From contig JBDRBB010000016.1 in NCBI GenBank assembly GCA_043823065.1, forward strand, positions 1-63,058: 63,058 nucleotides of DNA, written 5' to 3'. The position numbers were made by a program, and so were the translations under genes. The notes beneath the pieces were generated by a model, which saw nothing but the letters and a program-made list of their open reading frames with translations, did no database searches and was not told the DNA's origin. Every line of letters begins with the position of its first letter. Positions within the stretch are counted from its first letter, which is position 1. Positions 56,862 to 63,058 of this stretch are shown piece after piece. The DNA is from Pseudomonadota bacterium. Its GTDB lineage: Bacteria; UBA10199; 2-02-FULL-44-16; DYJF01.

Positions 56862-57827
56862 CTAGATTCTTACTTCTAAACTTTTTAGTACTTGTTCTTT
56901 AATTTTTTCCTTTGCTTCTGCTAAAGTACCCTTAATTGTACAACCAGCAGCTACTTGATGCCCACCACCATCAAAATAACCAGCTATTTTAGCCACATCG
57001 ATATTATCCTTGGCACGAAGACTAACCCTGATTTTTTGTTCAGGCATTTCTCGAAACAGGGCTGAAACAGTAACTGAAGCAATAGATCGTGGAATATTAG
57101 CAAATTCTTCAGAATCTTCTATTTTAGCTCCAGAGCTAGCTATCATCGCTTGAGTTACTTCCATAGTAGCAAACTTCCCTTCAAAAAATAACTCAATCGA
57201 GTTTAAAGCAAGGCCTAATAACTTAAACCTCATTACTGAATAGCTCTCTTCTAAATTTTTGGCTACATACCAAGGATCAACCCCAAATTTGGCAAGTTCT
57301 GCAGCCAATTTGAACACAGCTTCATTAGTGCTGGAATAACGAAAGTAGCCAGTATCAACCACAATCGTGCAATATATTGCTTCAGCAATACTTTTGCTGA
57401 TAGGCAATTTCATAAATTTGAGCAAACGATAAACAACCTCTCCAGCTGAAGCAGCTGTAACATCAAGACAACATATGCTATCAGCAGGAGCTTCAATCTG
57501 GTGATGATCTAGCAATAAAGATTTGCAAGAAGCAGCGGCCTTGGCAAATACCTCACCAACCCGTTCTGGGCTCGCTACGTCCACTAAAACAGCGACATCA
57601 AAAAATTGAGCTGAGATTTCTGAAGTTATTTTTTCAGAACCTGAAAGAAATTTAAGATTTTCCGGAACTGGATCGCGGCTAAACATAACAACTTGCTTGC
57701 CAACTTTTTCCAACGCCTCTCCCAAAGCCAACATTGAACCAATAGCATCTCCATCAGGATTAATATGCGACCCAATTAGGATTTTTTGAGCATTTTTCAA
57801 TAACTGCTGGGCTTGTTCATAGCTCAT
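56862..57827 (-). CDS. nrnA: DHH/DHHA1 phosphoesterase (nanoRNase/pAp phosphatase)
   Basis: HINPDGDAIGS, LDHH, DTGYF, GGGH..AAG. Confidence 0.9.
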   Translation of the reverse strand: MSYEQAQQLLKNAQKILIGSHINPDGDAIGSMLALGEALEKVGKQVVMFSRDPVPENLKFLSGSEKITSEISAQFFDVAVLVDVASPERVGEVFAKAAASCKSLLLDHHQIEAPADSICCLDVTAASAGEVVYRLLKFMKLPISKSIAEAIYCTIVVDTGYFRYSSTNEAVFKLAAELAKFGVDPWYVAKNLEESYSVMRFKLLGLALNSIELFFEGKFATMEVTQAMIASSGAKIEDSEEFANIPRSIASVTVSALFREMPEQKIRVSLRAKDNIDVAKIAGYFDGGGHQVAAGCTIKGTLAEAKEKIKEQVLKSLEVRI

Positions 57828-58183
57828 TTGAATTCCTCGCTGGTCATTATGGAATGCAATTTTTCTTCAAGATCAATGCTTTCATCATAAAAAAATTCAA
57901 ATTCAGGCATATAACGAAAACGCATTTCTTCTTTAACTTTTTGTTTTAAAAAACCGCTGGCGCTTCTTAAACCTTTTATGGCCAGTTTAATATTTTTCAA
58001 ACTATTTTCTCGTAAATGAAAATAAACCCGGGCAATGCGCAAATCCTTAGTCAGACGAACCTTGGTAATCTCCACATCTTTAAGTCTTGGATCATTCAAA
58101 TCCGTAATGCAGGCAGCAGCAATAATATGATGCAATTGATCAGCCACTCTTTCGCTTCGATCATATGGAAGATGTCTGCTCAT
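57824..58183 (-). CDS. rbfA: Ribosome-binding factor A
   Basis: RSERVA, DPRL, DLRIARVY, RYMPEFEFFYDES. Confidence 0.95.
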   Translation of the reverse strand: MSRHLPYDRSERVADQLHHIIAAACITDLNDPRLKDVEITKVRLTKDLRIARVYFHLRENSLKNIKLAIKGLRSASGFLKQKVKEEMRFRYMPEFEFFYDESIDLEEKLHSIMTSEEFK

Positions 58184-60556
58184 TTATAACTCCGCGGCCC
58201 TGTATTCAATTTTATAAGCGACAATTTCATCACCAACTTTAAGATCGTTGAAGTTATCAAAGCCAATACCACATTCTTGATTATTCTGTACTTCCTTAGC
58301 ATCATCTTTAAATCTTTTAAGCGAGGTAATCTTGCCTTCATAAACAATGCTTTGATTACGCAACAAACGGGCATTGGCATTTCGTTGTACAACTCCATCA
58401 ATAACCAAGCAACCAGCAATCTTGCCCACTTTGCCAATAGTAAACACTTCACGAATCTCCGCTCTACCAATAATTTTTTCAAGTTTTTCCGGCTCAAGCA
58501 GACCGGACATAGCTTTCCTAACTTCATCCAGCAACTCATAAATAATACGATAACCGCGAATATCAACGCCTTCTCTTTCAGCTGTTGCTTGGGCTTTTTG
58601 ATCAGGCAAAACATTAAAACCAATGATAATAGCTTTTGAAGCCTTGGCTAAAATAACATCGCTTTCATTTACACTGCCCACTCCATCGTGAATTATTTTT
58701 AGCTTAACCTGATCAGTGGACAACTTTATTAGCGCATCCTTGACAGCTTCTGCAGAGCCTTGCACATCTGCTTTTAAAATTATGTTTAGTTCCAAGAGAT
58801 CACCAGCCTGAACTTCGGTTTGTAAATCTTCAAGTGAAAAACGCACTTGCTGAGTTAAAGATTTTTCACGATCCTTTTGCTGACGCAAATCAGCAACTAA
58901 CTTGGCCTTTTTTTCATCTTCCAGGCCAATTAAAAGATCTCCAGCTCCAGGAACCCCTGATAAACCTGTAATTTCTACGGCCTTAGAAGGTAGGGCCACC
59001 AAACAAGGCTTATTAGCTGCATCTACCATAGCGCGCACCTTGCCAAAAAACTTTCCGCATACAATATAATTGCCAACTTCTAATTTTCCTTCCTGCACTA
59101 AAACTGTGGCCACCGGTCCTCTGGAACGATCTAATCTTGCCTCAACAACTACGCCTTTGGGTCTAAGCAAAGGATTGGCCTTTAATTCAAGCATTTCTGC
59201 CTGCAAAAGAATCATTTCCAATAACTTATCAATGCCTTCTTTGGTTTTTGCTGAAGTAGGCACACAAATAATATCTCCACCCCATTCTTCTGGAACCAAA
59301 CCATGTTCGGTTAAAGCCTTTTTAACCCTCTCCTGATCTGCATCAGGTAAATCGATCTTATTAATAGCAATAATGATTGGCACATTAGCCGCTTTGGCAT
59401 GATCAATTGCCTCAACTGTTTGAGGCATGATGCTGTCATTAGCGGCAATAACAACCACAGCAATATCTGTAGCTTGCGCACCTCTAGCTCTCATGCTGGT
59501 AAAAGCTTCGTGACCAGGTGTATCCAAAAAAGTGATTGAGCCTTTGGGCAAACTAACATCATAGGCTCCAATATGCTGAGTTATACCTCCAGCTTCTTGG
59601 TCCACAACTTTGGTCTCTCTAATTACATCTAAAATAGAAGTTTTCCCATGATCAACATGACCCATAACAGTTACCACTGGTGGACGAGGCACCATGTTCT
59701 TTACAGAAACAGAAGCTTCAGGCACAGCCAAAACATCTTCTTCTTTAAAAGCAGTATGCTCCACTTTAAATTCATATTCTTCAGCCAGCAAAGTCGCTGT
59801 ATCAACATCAATAGCTTGATTGGCGGCAAACATCATTTCCAAACTTATCAGCTTTTTCATTAAATCAGAGGTCTTAACTCCCATAGCTTGGGACAAACCA
59901 GAAACAGTTATACCATCTTCAATTCGAATCACTTTTTTTATAGCTTTTGGAGTAGTAACTTCAGTTTTCTTAAATTGTCTTTTGGCCGCTTTTTTACGTT
60001 TAGCAGAAGGAGTTGGCTGAAAAACACGCTCCTGCTGAGCTGGTCCTTTATCCTCTTCCACTACAACTTCTTCTTCTGCTACAATGCCTGCAAAATGCTT
60101 CAGACCACCCACCCGTTTAATTGATTCCATCTCCATTTCTTCTCTGCTCTTACGTCTTCTGGGCGTTCTTTTTAATCTATCCTTCCACGAATCCTTAACT
60201 TCCGGAGCGATTTCTAAGATATGTCCAACCACACCAAAAGTGCGTTTTTTCTCTTCTTCAACTTCCTTTATTTCTACTGCAGCGCTTTCTCCTTTAGCTC
60301 CTTCTTTTTTAGACTCTAAATCTATAGTTTGGCCAACTGGACCAATTTTAGGCCCAGCATCTTTTGCATCTAGTTGCGTTGGCACTGTTTCTGCGACAGG
60401 AGTTGCTTCTTCACCCAGCTTTTGCTCTGAAGTTGCTTCAGAAGGAGTTTCAGGTTGCTCTACTATTTTGGCACGTCGCCGAATTACAGTTGATTTGACG
60501 CGCTTTTCAACAATAGTTTTTCCTTCTTCTACTTTTTCTTTTGATTCTGGAGCCAT
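58184..60556 (-). CDS. infB: Translation initiation factor IF-2
   Basis: GHVDHGKT, GGITQHIGAY, DTPGHEAF, NKID; likely start MAPESK at 60556 with GAGGA RBS. Confidence 0.99.
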   Translation of the reverse strand: MAPESKEKVEEGKTIVEKRVKSTVIRRRAKIVEQPETPSEATSEQKLGEEATPVAETVPTQLDAKDAGPKIGPVGQTIDLESKKEGAKGESAAVEIKEVEEEKKRTFGVVGHILEIAPEVKDSWKDRLKRTPRRRKSREEMEMESIKRVGGLKHFAGIVAEEEVVVEEDKGPAQQERVFQPTPSAKRKKAAKRQFKKTEVTTPKAIKKVIRIEDGITVSGLSQAMGVKTSDLMKKLISLEMMFAANQAIDVDTATLLAEEYEFKVEHTAFKEEDVLAVPEASVSVKNMVPRPPVVTVMGHVDHGKTSILDVIRETKVVDQEAGGITQHIGAYDVSLPKGSITFLDTPGHEAFTSMRARGAQATDIAVVVIAANDSIMPQTVEAIDHAKAANVPIIIAINKIDLPDADQERVKKALTEHGLVPEEWGGDIICVPTSAKTKEGIDKLLEMILLQAEMLELKANPLLRPKGVVVEARLDRSRGPVATVLVQEGKLEVGNYIVCGKFFGKVRAMVDAANKPCLVALPSKAVEITGLSGVPGAGDLLIGLEDEKKAKLVADLRQQKDREKSLTQQVRFSLEDLQTEVQAGDLLELNIILKADVQGSAEAVKDALIKLSTDQVKLKIIHDGVGSVNESDVILAKASKAIIIGFNVLPDQKAQATAEREGVDIRGYRIIYELLDEVRKAMSGLLEPEKLEKIIGRAEIREVFTIGKVGKIAGCLVIDGVVQRNANARLLRNQSIVYEGKITSLKRFKDDAKEVQNNQECGIGFDNFNDLKVGDEIVAYKIEYRAAEL

Positions 60557-60566
60557 AATAATTCCT

Positions 60567-62018
60567 CTATTCTTCGTCACCTTCTCTACCTTCAAAAACT
60601 TCTTGTTCTAATTCTGAAGCTGGTTTTTCCTGTTCTGTTTCTTTTTCTGGCTCTGGCGCTGTTTCAGCTTGCTCTTGTTTTTTTGCTTCTTTTGTCTCTT
60701 CCAGCTCTTTCTCTTTTACTACAGCTGCTTCTTCAGCTTTTACTATTTCAGAAATGATAAATTCGGTGGAGATTCCATCTTTAATGGCTTTACTGGATTT
60801 GTCATAAATTTCTTTTAAGCGTTCTCCGCCAATGCCAGGAATTTTCGTAAATTCTTCTAAATCTGCTTTAGCAATATCTTCAATACTGCGATAAGAATGA
60901 GAATAAAGAATAATTGCTGTGCTATCATCAATATCCAGCAATTTGCTAAGCGCCACCCTGGCTCTACCAGCAATCTCTTCAATTTTAGTTTCACTATATA
61001 CATCAATATTCCAGGAAGTAAGCTGAGCTGCCAATCTCACGTTTTGACCGCGCCTACCAATAGCTAAGGATAATTGATCATCAGGAACAATCACTTCCAT
61101 AATATGTTCACGCTCCCTAATAATGACTTTGACCACCTCGGCTGGAGCAATAGCATTACAAACAAACCTAGCCGGATCTAGATCCCACAAAACAATATCT
61201 ATTTTTTCACCTTTTAATTCGCCAACAACGCTTTGTACTCGCGATCCTTTCATACCCACGCAAGCTCCAACTGGATCAACATCAGAATCCTTGGAATAAA
61301 CCGCAATCTTAGACCTGATACCAGATTCACGAGACACAGATTTAATTTCCACAATACCTTCAGAAATTTCCGGAACCTCCATTGTAAACAGCTGTTTAAT
61401 AAATTCCGGTGATTTGCGGGACAAAATTATAGTGGGCCCTTTTCCTTCTTTATCTAGTTTCAAAAATAATCCCTGAATACGTTCACCCAGCTTATAATTT
61501 TCTGTCTGCACTTGTTCTTCTTTAGGGAGCATTGCTTCTGTGCGTCCTAAATCAACAATGATATCCCCTTTTTCAAAACGACGCACAATACCAGTAATAA
61601 TTTCGCCAATTCTATCTTTGAATTCTTCAAAAATAACGTTGCGTTCTGCTTCCCGAACTTTTTGGATAATCACTTGTTTGGCGGTCTGAGCAGCAATGCG
61701 GCCAAAAACCGAAGGATCCATTTTCACCCCTAACACATCGCCCATTTGCGAATCTGGATCCAGCTCATGAGCTTCTGATAAAGACATTTCAGTACTTGGA
61801 TTTTCAATATTATCCACCACTGTTTTAAATTGAAAAAGCTCAATCTCGCCAACTTCTTCATTATAATGAGATTCCAATTCTCCCAAATGTCCCCATTTTT
61901 TGCGAGCTGCAGTTAGAAATGCTGACTCAATTGCTTCGATTAAAGCTGCCTTGGGAATTCCCTTATCTTTACTTACCTGCTCTAAAATCCGATCAAGATC
62001 CTGAAACATGCCTGCCAT
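60567..62018 (-). CDS. nusA: Transcription termination/antitermination factor NusA
   Basis: FGRIAAQTAKQVI, DPVGACVG, LSLAIGRRGQNVRLA. Confidence 0.99.
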   Translation of the reverse strand: MAGMFQDLDRILEQVSKDKGIPKAALIEAIESAFLTAARKKWGHLGELESHYNEEVGEIELFQFKTVVDNIENPSTEMSLSEAHELDPDSQMGDVLGVKMDPSVFGRIAAQTAKQVIIQKVREAERNVIFEEFKDRIGEIITGIVRRFEKGDIIVDLGRTEAMLPKEEQVQTENYKLGERIQGLFLKLDKEGKGPTIILSRKSPEFIKQLFTMEVPEISEGIVEIKSVSRESGIRSKIAVYSKDSDVDPVGACVGMKGSRVQSVVGELKGEKIDIVLWDLDPARFVCNAIAPAEVVKVIIREREHIMEVIVPDDQLSLAIGRRGQNVRLAAQLTSWNIDVYSETKIEEIAGRARVALSKLLDIDDSTAIILYSHSYRSIEDIAKADLEEFTKIPGIGGERLKEIYDKSSKAIKDGISTEFIISEIVKAEEAAVVKEKELEETKEAKKQEQAETAPEPEKETEQEKPASELEQEVFEGREGDEE

Positions 62019-62033
62019 ATATCCTCCTTGAAG

Positions 62034-62082
62034 ATCAAATCCTAAATACTAAACTCTAAATTCGAATTTCGTATTTCATTAT
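62034..62082. repeat. Heptamer array between rimP and nusA
   Basis: atcaaat cctaaat actaaac tctaaat tcgaatt tcgtatt tcattat. Confidence 0.55.
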
Positions 62083-62087
62083 TTAAT

Positions 62088-62567
62088 TTATTTTTTTTGC
62101 CCTCTAGTTTTAGAAATATCCGGTACCAATCTTGCTCTCAATATTTTATCAAACGGCACTTCATAAACCATGCCATCTATTAAAATCCCAATTCTTTCAG
62201 CATCAACTTTGACCAAGTCTCCTTTATAATTACTTCTGCCGTCTATTGGTTCTATGGTTTTAACTTTGATTTGATGGCCCTGAAATTTTTCAAAATCTTT
62301 TTGTCTTTTTAGAGGACGGTCTAAACCTGGTGAACTAACCTCCAAACGATAACGCGAAGTAATTAAACCCTCTGCATCTAGATTATCTTCAATAGCATGG
62401 GATACACGCACACAGTCAGCAACGCTAACTCCATCTTGTTTATCAATATAGATGCGTAAAATCTGAGCGCCTTCAAAAACCCACTCCAAATCTAATAATT
62501 CAAAATCCAGGCGGGCCAAGATTGGCGAAACTATTGTTTCAATTTTTTGTATTGCTTCTTTATCCAT
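62088..62567 (-). CDS. rimP: Ribosome maturation factor RimP
   Basis: LRIYIDK..GV...DC, YRLEVSSPGLDRPL. Confidence 0.97.
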   Translation of the reverse strand: MDKEAIQKIETIVSPILARLDFELLDLEWVFEGAQILRIYIDKQDGVSVADCVRVSHAIEDNLDAEGLITSRYRLEVSSPGLDRPLKRQKDFEKFQGHQIKVKTIEPIDGRSNYKGDLVKVDAERIGILIDGMVYEVPFDKILRARLVPDISKTRGQKK

Positions 62568-62578
62568 AATCTTTTGCT

Positions 62579-62608
62579 AAAAAAAATGGGCCGCTTCACG
62601 AGGCCCAT
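62579..62608 (-). promoter_or_regulatory. rimP leader terminator/attenuator hairpin
   Basis: ATGGGCC-tcgtgaagc-GGCCCA followed by T8, just upstream of rimP. Confidence 0.7.
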
Positions 62609-62690
62609 GCCAAATTCCGACATGTTTTAACAACTGGCTGGCTTATCTCACAAAATCCCCTGAGACGCAAGGGAATTTTGCTTATTCATA

Positions 62691-62854
62691 ATGTATCAGC
62701 TAGCTCTCGAGATTAGTGGTTTTTGGGTACGCCTTCGTTTTTGGTTACGCCCAAAAACTCGGCTCTGTCTCTTGGCGAGCGTGGTATCATAAGCATAGAT
62801 ACGCTCGCCAGCGAGATGCCCCAAAAACCACTAACTCTGCGCTAGCTGCCACAT
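62691..62854. other. Long-stem three-way-junction element C
   Basis: TTAGTGGTTTTTGGG/CCCAAAAACCACTAA perfect 15 bp, CAGCTAGC/GCTAGCTG outer stem, two internal hairpins. Confidence 0.55.
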
Positions 62855-62910
62855 GAAGTGCGCTTTGGTTTTAAAATTCCCGCAGGGGATAAGGTCTTCA
62901 AAGCTTTTTT

Positions 62911-63057
62911 AGGCGCGAGCTTACGAAATAAGGGCGTATGAAGAGTTAAAATAGCGACTGTTTTTGCGAGTTAAAGGCTGACAGCGGCAAGACATTTAAC
63001 TCGCTGTTTTTAAAAACAGCGCTATTTTAACGATGAATAGCCCGGTTTCGTGCGCCT
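62911..63057. other. Long rod-like hairpin element D at the window edge
   Basis: Nested stems AGGCGC/GCGCCT, ACGAAA/TTTCGT, GTTAAAATAGCG/CGCTATTTTAAC, CTGTTTTT/AAAAACAG, GCGAGTTAAA/TTTAACTCGC. Confidence 0.55.
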
Positions 63058-63058
63058 G

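Noticed and set aside
58180..58623. 147-aa alternative-frame ORF over the infB 3' end, and the many short antisense ORFs in the track
   Set aside because: They are shadow ORFs of well-supported genes, with no motifs or independent expression signals.
62686..62696. CATAATGTAT resembling part of a dif site
   Set aside because: The XerD arm (TTATGTTAAAT) is absent.

Overview
AT-rich bacterial chromosomal segment. Gene order and protein style suggest a deltaproteobacterial-type organism (inference). Most of it is housekeeping: efp-alaS-recA-thpR-cinA-pgpA, radA, trxB-murA-prmC-prfA-rpmE-rnc-mtaB-mnmA-cysE, thrS-infC-rpmI-rplT-pheST-ihfA, mreBCD-mrdA-rodA and rimP-nusA-infB-rbfA-truB-rpsO-pnp, plus tRNA-Pro(GGG) and tRNA-Val(GAC). 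There are two accessory zones. The first (about 10.8-23.7 kb) holds a 2781-aa surface adhesin with an internal lipobox near its C-terminus, a frameshifted barrel-OmpA gene, barrel proteins and long structured intergenic elements. The second (about 32.3-36.9 kb) holds an orphan DNA methyltransferase, an XRE-HTH/nucleotidyltransferase pair and a MYXO-CTERM-like secreted protein. Four accessory genes have sigma54-type promoters. The most unusual signal is the non-coding architecture: several unrelated families of short palindromic and heptamer-repeat elements, some inserted in frame in prmC and mtaB or supplying gene ends, and two tandem pairs of 150-200 nt long-stem structured elements. No CRISPR array, integrase or transposase was seen.
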